Shown here: piece by piece, positions 1-14,300 of the stretch | How positions within the stretch are numbered: the stretch's first letter is position 1 | Layout of the letters: the number at the start of each line of letters is the position of its first letter | From: the human T2T-CHM13v2.0 reference genome, Homo sapiens | DNA: 64,000 bases | Direction: 5' to 3' (one strand) | Assembly (NCBI RefSeq): GCF_009914755.1 | Contig: NC_060927.1 | The notes under the pieces: generated by a model | Told to the model about the DNA's origin: nothing | What the model saw: only the letters and a program-made list of their open reading frames with translations | The model's database searches: none | Translations under genes and position numbers: made by a program

Positions 1-717
1 ACCGAGAGATTCTGTTTGCCTGCCTTGGGCTAAGGGCCCCCCCATGCCACGTGGCCCTAAGCCTGTCTCTCCAGCCAGGCCCGCAGGCGGGTTGCCCCTT
101 GTGCACCAGCCCTTGCCAAGGCTAACCGGCGTGTGGGCTGCTGCTCTGCAGTCCTCATCCTCTCCCCCTGGTTCTCATGAGCTGTCAGTTGTCCTGACCT
201 CTCTGCCACCACCGGCCCCACAGGTCTGCTGCTTCTGTACCCCTGTGGCCCTCCTCTAGCCACTACTGCCCCTGATTTGTGCCTCCTCCTTGTCCCCACG
301 TCAAGAGAGAGCAGCGGGACGAGTGGACCCTTCGGAATCCTACCTGGGGCTTCCCTTCCAGGTGGAAGGGAAGTAGGAGTAAGTGGGACCTGGACCTAGC
401 CCTTACCTCCCCCAGTCAGTTTCTTACTGTACCTGGAGGCCAACTGCCACAGCCCCTGCCCACTCAGGGCCAAGCAGAGGCTTCAGGGGGGCTCAGGCTT
501 AATGATGCTGTTGTACATACCACACCTCTCCCCCTTCCACAGGCCAAGATGCAGACTCCCTGACCGCAGGCGCTGGGCCAGCCACAATGCCATCTTGCCC
601 CTACCCTGGTTTATGATTGTTTTTCACCTTTGGGCCCTTGGCCAGAGAATTCCCTCTGCCTCCAATGTACGCCATCCCCTCCTTTCCTTTCTGCCTGGGA
701 CACTCCTGCCTATGTGC

Positions 718-1022
718 ATGGGCCAGGTCTGGCCTGCTGCCCATTACTATGTGGCCATGAGCTAAGAATGGTTTTATGTTTTTAAATGGCTGGAAAAAAC
801 ATCAAAGGAAGAATTCTATTTTGTGACATGTGAAAATTATCTGAAATTCAAATATCAGTATCCACAAATAAAATTAAATTGGAACATAGCCATGCCCATT
901 GTTTATGTTTTGTTTGTGGCTGCTTTCACAATACAACAGTGCAACCGAGTAAGAGATGGGTATGTAGGTCTGCAAAGCCTAAAATATTCAGTCTGGCCCT
1001 TTACAGAAAGTTTGCCAACCCA
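718..1022. mobile_element. MER58B-like hAT-Charlie DNA transposon relic, apparently inserted in an L2 fragment
   Basis: Characteristic gagctaagaatggtttt...aaattcaaat..cagt.tcca..aataaa...ggaaca.agccatgccc...gcctaaaatatt...tggccctttacagaaa.gtttgcc.accc; boundaries approximate. Confidence 0.8.
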
Positions 1023-1050
1023 AGGTCACCTTGTTCTAGACCCAAGGTCA

Positions 1051-1585
<535 letters not shown>

Positions 1586-1636
1586 TCAGAGCAGGGACTG
1601 AGGTGCAGGCCACCTCTTTCTCCTGTGCTTGGTTTA

Positions 1637-2188
<552 letters not shown>

Positions 2189-2475
2189 CTAGTGCTCCCG
2201 GCCTCTGCCCTGCCAAGGGCGGTGCTATGGAGAGGGAGTGAGTGCAGCAGTATCAGGAAGCAGAGCAGGGGGCAGAGATGGGGAGGGAGGAGCCTGAGGT
2301 CTGAGGTCCCTCATTTTAGGGTGCAATGCCATTCAAAGTCCACCCGGCAGCCAGGCCCAAGTGCACAGAGAGATGGACGGATCAGCAAACAGACGCAGGA
2401 GTAGACAAGCTGGGGGACGGTTGGACAATGGACAGACAGACGGGCAAAAAGAGGCTCAGTTAGGTGGACCCGTTA

Positions 2476-2781
<306 letters not shown>

Positions 2782-2813
2782 TCAGGGTAGCCCCTGCCTC
2801 GGTTGAGCCTCAC

Positions 2814-2921
2814 CGTCCGGTTTGGCCAATTGTACTTCTCAAAGACGTCCTGCACGCGGTCCTCACCACCATCCGTGAACATCATGATCATCTTGTTGCA
2901 GTTGGCCCGAGTGATGTTGGA
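2814..2921 (-). CDS. CACNA2D2: CACNA2D2 exon 12 (108 nt): [36 protein letters not shown]
   Basis: cctcag|TCCAAC...CGGACG|gtgagg; FTDG supplies the distal MIDAS Asp. Confidence 0.97.
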
Positions 2922-2955
2922 CTGAGGGGAGTGAGGCGGAGGCAGGCAGCTCTCA

Positions 2956-3363
<408 letters not shown>

Positions 3364-3389
3364 CTATTGCATGGGGCTGGTGATGGTCA

Positions 3390-3620
<231 letters not shown>

Positions 3621-3689
3621 TCAGGGCAGCAGAGTCTAGCCCATTGCCCGTCCCTGCCCCAGCCCCACTTGCCAGCACTGCTCACTCAC

Positions 3690-3740
3690 ACATCCACGAT
3701 GATGACCATGTCTTTGGGTGACGAGGCCCCCTGGATATAC
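3690..3740 (-). CDS. CACNA2D2: CACNA2D2 exon 9 (51 nt): (W)YIQGASSPKDMVIIVD(V), start of the VWA domain
   Basis: gggcag|GTAT...GATGT|gtgagt; frame consistent with neighbours. Confidence 0.96.
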
Positions 3741-3814
3741 CTGCCCAGGAGATGCCTCTGTTAGGGTAAGGCCCACTGGGACCTTGTGGGTCCTTCCTTC
3801 CTTCACATACATAT

Positions 3815-3935
3815 TGATTCAATACATTTCTCTTGAGCATGCACTGTGTGGGCCAGGCAGGGTTCTATGCACCGATGATACCACATTTAACGAAACAGAC
3901 ACAGTCCTTGCCCATGACATGAATGGTCTGGTTCC
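3815..3935 (-). mobile_element. L2 3' end fragment
   Basis: attca..acattt..ttgagca..cactgtgtg..ccaggca...acagacacagtcc.tgccc pattern; approximate limits. Confidence 0.6.
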
Positions 3936-4468
3936 TCAGCAAGGAAAAAGTACCAGGGGGTATATGAGCAGGTGATCCCCAGAGGGGGCAGGAGCCACAT
4001 TCCCTGGCTTCAGTGGCTTGTTGTGTCCTCTGCCTCAGGTTGGGGCCCCGAGGGCACAGTCTAGCTGTGTATGGGATGGTGCAGGTGGCAGGGAAGGAGA
4101 GTCACAGGGAGCTGCCGGAGGGGCAGAACAGAGGGGAGGGATATCTGGGGCTCAGACGGGTGGGGCAGGGACTGGCCAACCCTACAGAGGCTACATCTGC
4201 CTTTGGGGACCCCTTCTGGTCCAATCTCCCTTCCAATCTCTCAGTCCTGAGTGGGTGGGGGTGCTGGGCAGTGGACGGGGGGCATGGCAGCTGGGAGGCC
4301 TGCCTGGGTGATGGGATCCATTTTCCAGTGGCAACCATGTGTGAAATGAAAATTGGATACAGCTGGCTGCGCCCTGCTAGGAGGCTTGGAAATGGGGAGG
4401 GAGGGGAGCAGGCAGGAAAGGTGGGGAACTGAGGGGGTGTCCCTCCCCAGCCCCTTCTTGCTCGCTCA

Positions 4469-4615
<147 letters not shown>

Positions 4616-4716
4616 CTACAGAGAAGCCACCCCGCCCCATGCCCCCAGGATGGGTGGGCTGGTAGATGGAGAAAGGCGAGGTGCTGGGTAGACAGGGGAC
4701 AGGGGCTGGTACCTAC

Positions 4717-4848
4717 CCGGGTAGTAGCGAGTGACTCCTGTGGCGCTGCCGAAGACCTGCCACAGCAGTGTGGGGTCTTGTCTGCGGTTTTCCATGAACA
4801 CATTCTCCAGGGCCTCTGTCCAGTTGAGCTCATTGAGGATGACAGTGG
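4717..4848 (-). CDS. CACNA2D2: CACNA2D2 exon 7 (132 nt): (S)[43 protein letters not shown](A)
   Basis: ccccag|CCACT...CCGG|gtaggt; [13 protein letters not shown] Cache motif. Confidence 0.97.
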
Positions 4849-5701
4849 CTGGGGGGAAGCGGGGAGCTGGGGTGGGGAGCACCTGGGCTGTGTCCTGTCG
4901 AACCCACCACCACGACACTCATGCCTGTGCCCCCATTTAGAATCCCCCAACTGTTCTCGGCCTATCCAGGCCCTCCCTATTTCCTAGGGCCCAGCTGGGG
5001 CTGCCCCAGCTCCTCCAGGAAGACTTTCTGATCCTCACCCCTCCCAAGCTGTGAAAGGAACAGTTCAGCCTACTCTTCCTCCAGGTCCCACATGAGCAGG
5101 CAGGGCAGCTGTGGCTGGTAGCCTCTGGAGAGGGGCTGCCCAGGTGGCTGGGTGCTGGGAACTCGGAGCCCTCAGTCCAGCATGCTGCCTGGAGCTAGCA
5201 CTGGTCCCCCAGGAGCTCACCCATTCAGCATGCACTCCAGGCTTCAGCCACAAGAAAGCAATTAAGGGCCTGCTGATGGGGCTGGAATTATTCAGCTATT
5301 AAGTTACCTGATAAGCTGGAAGCCACTCAGCTCCATGATTAATCAACTGGGGCCAGAAGCAAGCAGGGGTGGGGGCGGGGGCTCTTGGAGGGGCAGGGGC
5401 ATGCCAGATCCTGCTTCAACACAGGCAAGTGTACTTGTACACGCATGCGCACACTGCACACCCCCCAACAGGTATACCTGTGTCTAACCTGTGTGTTTCC
5501 AGCCAGATGGAACCCACCTGCCTAGCACCCCAGCTGCCACCATGGGCACAAGGGCACACACGTTCATGCCTACACACCACTCTGCACCTACAGGGGACAC
5601 TCATGGGTCCTGCTCACAACCCCCTACCATCAGTTACCCCATTCTCCCTTCCCCCCAACCCTTGTAGTTGCACGTGTGTGATCCCCTGTCCAGATCTATC
5701 C

Positions 5702-5704
<3 letters not shown>

Positions 5705-5746
<42 letters not shown>
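5705..5746 (+). repeat. (CA)21 microsatellite; (UG)21 in the pre-mRNA of intron 6
   Basis: Directly visible perfect repeat. Confidence 0.97.
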
Positions 5747-5750
<4 letters not shown>

Positions 5751-7698
5751 AGGCTCCTCTCAGAGAATGGACTCCAATCCTGCGGACCCTTCAACCTGGG
5801 CAGAGATCCAGGATGGTTTGAGCAGTACCCTCGACCCCCAACTCGGGGCGGCCTGATGTGTGTGTGTGACACATGTTCTCATGTGTGCAGTGACCCTGTC
5901 CCTGGACACTAGGACAAAACGGCAGGAGTGGGACACAGCTGCTTCTGCCAGGCCTCTGTGCCTCCTTCCTCCTTCAGGGACCCCCACCCTCTTTCTTCCC
6001 ATGTGGAGCCCAGCCACCGTCACCCCGTACAGGGATCCCCATCAAAAATCTACCTCAAGTGAGCACCAGAGACCACCTGCAGCAGGCAGACAAAGGTAGA
6101 AAGCATGATTTACAGTTCTCTAGCCTCTGCTCCGGCCCTGGGGCACTGACACACTCTGGGGCACTCTCCCTCGGGCGGCCCCTCTGGAGCGTGGAGCCTC
6201 TGCTGCGTCCGCTGCCTGATCCCTGCCCCCTGCTCCCACTCCCTTCGCTGTCTGTTCCTGTGGCTTCCCGTAACTGACCATAATGTGAAAACAAAACACA
6301 TTTCAAGCATTGGCTCTGCTTATTGAACAGTATGTTATGGTCCTGTTCCTAATTTAGAAACTTAGTGAGTTGAACAATTTCTATTTTTCTCTCTAAGGAA
6401 AAAATAAAGCCAGGCCCTCCAGAGTTTCACACAGTACTGTTTGCCCTGAGAGAGTCTGCCTGGCAGGTCCCACCCCTCACTGTGTCTCGGTTTTCCCATC
6501 TGCATAATGACAGGCTTAGAGCAGAGGGGTGTCCCTGGTCCAGGTCAAGGGCCAAGAGGAGACCCCTGCTCTGCGTGGGCTGTCCATGCAGGTACCTGTG
6601 ACCCCACACGCGCTTACCCATACACGGCAAGGCACACTCGCGCAAACACCCCTGCGCCCGCCTGGAAAGGGCCTGCTACTCAGCCCCATGCGCACAGACC
6701 CGTACCCACCTGCACATACTCTCAGATCATGCTGAGTTGGGAAAGGGGACCATGCCCCCTTAGGCAGGTGATTACAGATTTAATTAAAAGTGACACAGTA
6801 AATAAAAAACATATAAAATGCAATTTATGTGGGTAGCGAGGGGTGAATGGAGAGGGCGGTGTGGCTCCTGTTTTAATTAGTGTGCCTGCCTGTGATAGTG
6901 CCCCTCGACTGGCTCGGGCAGGTGGCCTGCGGGCAGCCTGTGGGGAGCAGGGGGGAGCATCCTTCCCCACCCTGGCCTGAGGCTGCCCAGAGGGCCTAGC
7001 TGACCCCGAGATGGAGAGGGCCTCCCTGAGGACCCTGGGAATTCCCTGCATTATGGAGCTGAGGCAGTGGCTCTGGGGCTTTTGAGTCCCAGCCCAGTGG
7101 GCTCCTTGGATTCCAAGGCTACTCTGTAGGTGCCCATAGAACTGTGTCAGAAACAACAGGCCTCAGTGCCTTCAATCCTGCTGCTGGAGCTCCCCATCCA
7201 GTGTTTGACTCTTGGTTTCCTCCTCCTTTACCTCCCAGGAGCTTCAGGAAGTTCCTCCTCATGTCTGACTCAAATCCTTCTAGCTATAGTGACCTCGTTT
7301 CCCCATTGTGTAAAGCTGCCTTGTCCCTGAAGCTTGGACTGTCAACCACCCTCTTCCACATCCCCCTTCCTTACATCCCCAGCTCCTGGCTGCTCTGGGC
7401 AGGAAAACTCCCTACCTCCTTGGTTCTATGCCCAGGAGAAGGAGGGTAGTGTCATAGGGTTGGTATCTGTGAGGGGTGGTTCCCTGTCCCCCTACCCTCC
7501 GTGTCCACCTGATGTGTTGCAGCTTGTCAACCACTCCTACTTGGGGGCAGGGAATGGGGAAGGGTGGTGAGGAGTTGCTTCAGGGGCAGGCGGGCACTCA
7601 GTCCAACATGTGGGGAACGGTCTCTGTGTGCGTGCATTTGTGTGGGTGCCTGTGGACACGTGGGCAGGAGACCATGCATGCACAGGGATAGAGGCTCA

Positions 7699-8088
<390 letters not shown>

Positions 8089-11000
8089 TCAGGGCTGGAA
8101 AATGGTGAATTGGGTTGTAGAGGCCTGCAAGTAGGGGCAGGGAGGGCCAGAGTCCAGGAGATAGGGGCATCTCAAAAAGAGAGACTATTGCAGTAGGAGA
8201 CACAGATGGAGAGACTCAGGGACAGATGGACACGGGGTTGGACCCCTCACCCAAGGGGCCTGTGACTCCCATCTCCCCCTGCCCACCCCACCCATCATCC
8301 CCACATTTGCTAAACCCAAATTTTAAAACCGAAAGGAAACCAACCTCTTCTCCACATTCTTGAAAACCAATTAGGAAAGGAGGCAAATCATGGAGCCAAT
8401 CAGAAGGAGCAGGCTCCAGAATTCTGCTTACAAGGATGTGCTTGTGCAATCACAGGGAGGCCTCAGCAGTCCCTCCTAGGAGCTCAGGGCCCCCACAGCC
8501 ATCACTGGGTCCTGCCCAGCCCCTTCATGGAGTTCCTCTGGGACCAGGGAGAGGGCCCTAGCCCCATCTAAGGCAGGGCACTATCCCCTGCAGCCGGATG
8601 GCTCTAGGGTCTGAGCTGGGGAGGCTAACCTGGGAGAGCTGGGCTGGGGGCTACCATTCAGATCTGCTGACCTCCAGAGGGAGGGTCTGCGGTGCCTGGT
8701 AGCAGTAGGACTGAAAGGGCCCCTGTTGATTTTCTAAAATGAGCCACAGCAGCCTGACAGGTGCCAATTATGGCATCTCACGGCCGGGCAGGCTGGGCAT
8801 GCACCGTGCGCCCCCGCCCACCATCACAGGCTGGCAGGAGTGGGTCTGTGACTAGTGTTGATGCTGCAGCCGATGGGAGGGGGGCAGGCTTGGGTGCAGG
8901 TGTGCAAGGGGGAGGGGAGGGAAGATGGTGGTAGAGAGTGAAGGTGAAGAGGAAAAAGCCAGACTGGGGAGGCAAGGGAAAGAAGGAGGCTAAGGGTGGA
9001 GAGCAAAGCTGGGGGGCTTCCTAGGCTGATAGGAGAGATCATAAGCAGCTGAACACCCCATACGCTCCCTCACTGCCCCTCAAAGCCTCTGTGACCACCC
9101 TCAGCCCAGGCTTAGCTCATTCATTCTCCCCCATGGGTCCACGTGGGCTGACCCCCGCTGCCCACTATGACCTGGGCATGCCCCTCCCCTGTGTTTCTGC
9201 CTCTAGGCATTTGACCAAGCTGTGTCTTGTCTGGGGAAAGGGTGACCGTGCCTCTCCACCCAGCCAGATGCGCTCTCCACACCACAGGGGTACGGCTCTG
9301 AAGGGCCTGTGGCAGACACTCTTTTCATCTCTTTGAAGGTGGATTTTGTACAGCAGAATCCAAGCTGTCTGCTGTCCTCCCACTGCCCTTCCGCAGTGTG
9401 CCACCCATCTGCCCACCCCTGGCACACCCTAGAAGCCCTCGGGTGCTGGGTAGAGCCAGGGCAGGCAGCCTCGGAGCATGGAGGCCAGAGTGGAAGCGGC
9501 CGACTGTGAGGCGTGCGCCACTCACGTTCCGCTCAGAGGAGGGGGAGGCGCGGGAGAAGAAAGCCCCCGAAATGTCAGCGGCAGATGAAGGGCACTAGAA
9601 AATTTAATCTCCCAACTTTCTCAACTAATGTGACATTTGGATTCTGTTCTGATAAGCTATCAGCTGGCGAACTTCTTCCTTCCTTTTCTTTCCCCCACCC
9701 CCACCTTCTGGCTGGTAATTTAAAAGTAAATGGTCTAGAAAGATATCTAACTGTACCTCTGGCAAAGATTAAAAAAACAAAACAACACAACAAGCAGGGG
9801 AGTTGGAAAATGTGTGCGTGCTGTCATTTATACCAGGCGTTTGGCCTAGCTGACCCTAGTCTAGCCAGGCCCCAGAGTGAAAAGCTCTCTTTTCGGGCAA
9901 TCTCTAGCCCCCCAACAGAAGTCCAAGGGGCTACGGGCAAGGAGTCAATGATTTAGAGTGAGGGGTTGGGGCCCTGGATACAGTTGAGGCTGCTGGAGGT
10001 AGGTTCAGAGCATCCTAGTAGGGGTTGGGCACCAGGCTGTCCAAGGAGCCCCTCAGTGCCAACCCCCAGCCCAGGGGCTTTGTATGGTGGGCAACTGCAG
10101 TCTCCTGGTTTATATTTAATGCACTGATTGCTAAAATTACAGCCCGCTGCTGAGGGGGGTAAGGAATTAGATTCAGGGTCTAATTAAAGGTTCGCTCTTC
10201 ATTTGAATTTCAGATTCCAGCTTTAATTTTAGCAACTTCTCTGGGAGCCACGGAGCTCAGCCAAGGGGAAGCACACCTGCTTGAGCCCACCCCGCTCCGT
10301 CTCGGGCCCTGTGCCCTCCTGCGGCTCTCCCAGGCCAGCCTGGCACTGTGGATCCTGCACAGGGATCCTTTCCAGCCTTCTCACCTCCTGGTGTCATTGG
10401 GTACCTCTCACTTGCCCCAGGAAACCCACCAAGCCCGCAGGCCTAAGAGAGGAAGACTGAATCTTGGGTCCTCTTAATCAGCCAGCAGTCTAGACACTGT
10501 GCTGCTGTGACACCTCTGTTTACAGAGGGGACTGTTGGGTCCAACTACTTTTGCCTTAAAGTCAGGCAGAGGGTCTTGGGCCTTGACAAGCTCAGCAAAC
10601 ACCGTCTACTCCAAGTGCCCTACACCCTCAGACACTCGTCTTCTCTACAGCCACCTCCCCTGCAAATAGTCATACAGCTTTCACACGAGTCTTCTGGTGA
10701 TGGGGACCTCACTACCTCAGAGGGCAGCCCGGGCGGACTTGAGCCAGTGAGTGACATGGAGGCAGAAGGGTGGTGTGGCTTTGGGCTCTCTGGTCAGTCC
10801 CAGTGCCACCACTTCTGAGGTGGGTGACCCTAGGTGAGCTCAGGGTTAGGGTCTGATGATGGGCCAGGCTGTGGGGTGCTCAGCACAGGGAAGGGAGCTG
10901 GCCTGACCTGGAAATGCACCTGGACGTTCCTGCATCCTGCTCACACCTGCCCACCTCCAGGAAGCCTTCCCAGCTGCTCCCTGTCTCCCTCCTCTCACTG

Positions 11001-11291
11001 CACTTAGAGAGGCTCTCTCCATCTGGGACCTAAACTGCCCCGTGCGGGAAGGGCCAAGCGCCTCACCACCTGCCTCACACTGCAGTCAAGCTCAGCCCAC
11101 TAGTGCACAGAGATGCAGCCCTGGAGGGGTCCGGACTTCTAGGGAGTTGTGGGAGGTGGAAGGTGGGGCCTGTGTCACCACGGCTCTGCAGGGTTGAGCT
11201 CAGAATGTGTGGCGCTGAGTCCTAACATCCATTTTACAGCCAAGGCCACCAAGGCCCAGCAAGGAGGTGTGGCTCAGGAGGGGGTGCTCAC

Positions 11292-11336
11292 CAGCTCAGC
11301 GTCAGCCTTGGCGTCATAGTACACGATGTCTTCCTC
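11292..11336 (-). CDS. CACNA2D2: CACNA2D2 exon 5 (45 nt, phase 0-0): EEDIVYYDAKADAEL
   Basis: caccag|GAGGAA...GAGCTG|gtgagc; absent from the ORF track, found by reading; conserved alpha2delta VYYDAK motif. Confidence 0.96.
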
Positions 11337-14300
11337 CTGGTGAGGGGAGAGAGGCCTCAGCACTAGCTGCTCAGGGTCCCGAGACAGACAGGACTCCTAG
11401 CCCCAAGGCCTGCATGGCACCCTTAGATTCCTCTGGGGCAGAGACTGTCCCTTTCCCCCACCCAGAGCCACCCTCCTGGAAGGGCCGGATAGGTCAGGGC
11501 TGAGAATGCAGCCAGGCCTATCTTCAGGGGCCCTGCACAGGCTCCAGGAGCATGCAGTACCCCTCGACTGAGAATTCCCTGGGCCTTCCTAACTCAGGGG
11601 CCAAGTGTCCTGGGCTGCAGCCTTCTAGGTTCTGTCTGCAGAGAGGCTGGCTGAGGCAGCACCAGGGAGTGAGGAAGACGGAGAACAGAGCCGAGTTTGG
11701 GCAGGAGGGAAATAATGACTCGACGCCGCATCTTCCAATTTCTTCTATTAAAAAGCCTGCTCATTACGGGCATGTACTTATTAATTATCTGTGATTTGTT
11801 GTGAAATGCGAGGGGGTTTCCACAACAGGAGTGGGAGAAAACAAAGCCCAGCCCTGGCGCCTGCCTCCCAGCCCTCACCCGCCTGCGTCTGCCCCGCCTG
11901 TCCCTGGCCCATGTCTGCTTGCCAGTCGCCTGGGTTCTTGGCCATCTGTGCGTCATAATCACCGGCCGCCCCGGGGACCCGTAACACAAACGGGCTAATT
12001 TCATGTGTAATGATCTTTAATCAGAACCGAGCGCGGCTGACAGAGGCCGCCAGAAGGTGAGCCCGGTGTCAGCCAAGTGCCATTGGCTCAGGAGGGTCTG
12101 CCACACTCTGCCCCCATGGGCTTCAGGGCCACGACTCAGGACAGAGCTGCTGTCCAAGTCACCCTCTCCAGGTGCTCCTCAGCCCTGTTCTGTACGGCAA
12201 AAACCTGCAGCGTGGCCCCAGTGGCCCCTCACTCACTCAGGGCTTGTTTCTTTGAGGTCTGCAGATGGGAGTGGTGACCAAGTCTGCCACCCAGGGGCTG
12301 GCTGTGAAGTGGCAGGCAGAGCCAGCACTCACACCACCAGCGCAGATGTCGCCCGGACACCCGCTTCCCAAGGCCCAGCTGGGGCTCACTCAGTGTGTGA
12401 CCCCAGGGCTAGACCACTCCCTCTCTGAGCCCCAGGCTCCCCCAGGCAGGACTCTGGAAAGGGGCCTGGCTGTGGTGACTGCCCACGGGCTCCGTCAGTA
12501 CCTGGGACTGTTTCAGTGAACAGTCCTAGTCTGTCTCTCACCAGGGGTCTAGGGGCTGCAGGCCACTGGCCAAATGTGCAGGCTTAGTCCCAGCATTCTG
12601 CAACACTGACTGCATGCCTGGCACCACGCATGGGTAAGACCACAACTTCCTGAGGAATGTAAGGCCAAAGGCAGCCCGAGAGTTCCAGCATCCCAGGGCG
12701 CCTGCCGTGTCTGGCGCTTTCTTACAGCAGCCTTATGACCCCATCGGTCAGACGTTTCGAGAGCAGGGAGAAGAAAGCCTTCGCACCCTGGCTCCAACCT
12801 GCCCTTCCAGCCTGTTGTCAACCTTGCCCACACCCACCACCCACCCACCAGTGCAAGAAGGCTGCAGCCCCGGTGGGCCTGGGGCGGGGGCGGAGGCCGG
12901 GCCCAAGCTGCAGGGTGCTCGGCCTTTCCCTGCGCCCGGCTCCGACCGAAGCGCATAATGAAAGCTGACATTACATCAAACACAATAAGGAGTTTCAGTT
13001 GACGAAGATCATTCCTGAACACACAAACCTATTAAACTGAGGGGGAAAAAATATCAATTCAACACACTTGCTGTGAAAAGAAAATGTGATTTGTTATCTA
13101 AAAGGGGGTTATAAACACAGCTCTGATGCTCTTTCCCTCCGTAATGAAAGCGGGCGGGTGCGGTGGGAGGACTGCAGATTACAACCTGGGGCCTCACTCA
13201 CCCACTTTTTAGGCAAACCTTCCACAAGCATGGGAAAGGACACAGGTGGGGGCTGGTCACTTGCAGCCCTCAGGAGCCCTAGGCTCCCCTCACAGGCTGT
13301 GGCTGGGTCCTGCCTGCACCTGGGTCAACACTAGGCACCTCAGCGTTCACTGGGGCCACCTCTCCAGCTGCTCCAGGGGCTCTGCTTCTCTATTTGTTCT
13401 GCTGTTTCACAGTCTTAGTGGAACATCAGATATTGGTGGCGTCAGGGACATGGGGGGACATGTCACCCAGGAGGATTCTTAGTCCCCTGCAGATGACAGA
13501 TGAGGCTCAGGATTCTGTATGGTCTCCCTGCCCCCCAGGGCTTGATGCATGTGGGAATGACCGCTCCCGGCCTCTCCTGCCTCTAGGAGGGCGAGACCAT
13601 GCCCCTTCCTTGGTAAGAAGTACATGGATGGTGGCACACAAGGTCATACATGTGAAAATATATCATAAATACAGCTGTGACTGCTATGCATGATGTGGTG
13701 TGGAGCTGGGGGTGTGGCGGGAGGGGGCTGTCAGGGTCAGGGTGGGAGGGTCCCTGAGAAGGCCTCTGTCTGCTTGGGCCAACACAGTACCTGAATGTCT
13801 ATCAGCAGTGACCACCTCCTGGGTTGAGCAACAAGGAGGCAGTATTCTCTAGTGACTGAGTGCAGGACCTCAGCAAAGAGTCCTGGCCTCAAATTCTGAC
13901 CTGGACACGTGAGCTCTGGAATCCTGGGCAGTGAGTGAAGACTGAGGCTGAGCCAAAAAGGACCCAGCCTACTGGCTTGTCCCAGTGGCCTGCTGAGGAA
14001 TTCCAGGGGTCACCCGCGAGGAGGCAAGGCTGCCCAGTTAAATCATGCAGCCTCCATGAGGCTTCATCTCTGGGTCTCTACTTCCCCACTCGTAATATCA
14101 GGATGAGGAGGCCTCCTCTGAGGGTATGAAGAGAACAGGGAGCTGGGCCTCCCCAGGGGTAGGGCCAACTCTGCCCATGAGTGGCCACCTTCTGTCTTTG
14201 CAACTCCACAGCCCAGAGGAGAGGCTGAGTGTGGAAGAGTCCCGGGTGGAGTGAAACGGGTGTCCTTAATGTCTGGGGACCACTCCCCTGACATACCCTG

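Noticed and set aside
6597-6758. Possible 162-nt cryptic exon downstream of a long AG-free tract
   Set aside because: AAG acceptor and gtacct donor are weak and there is no further support
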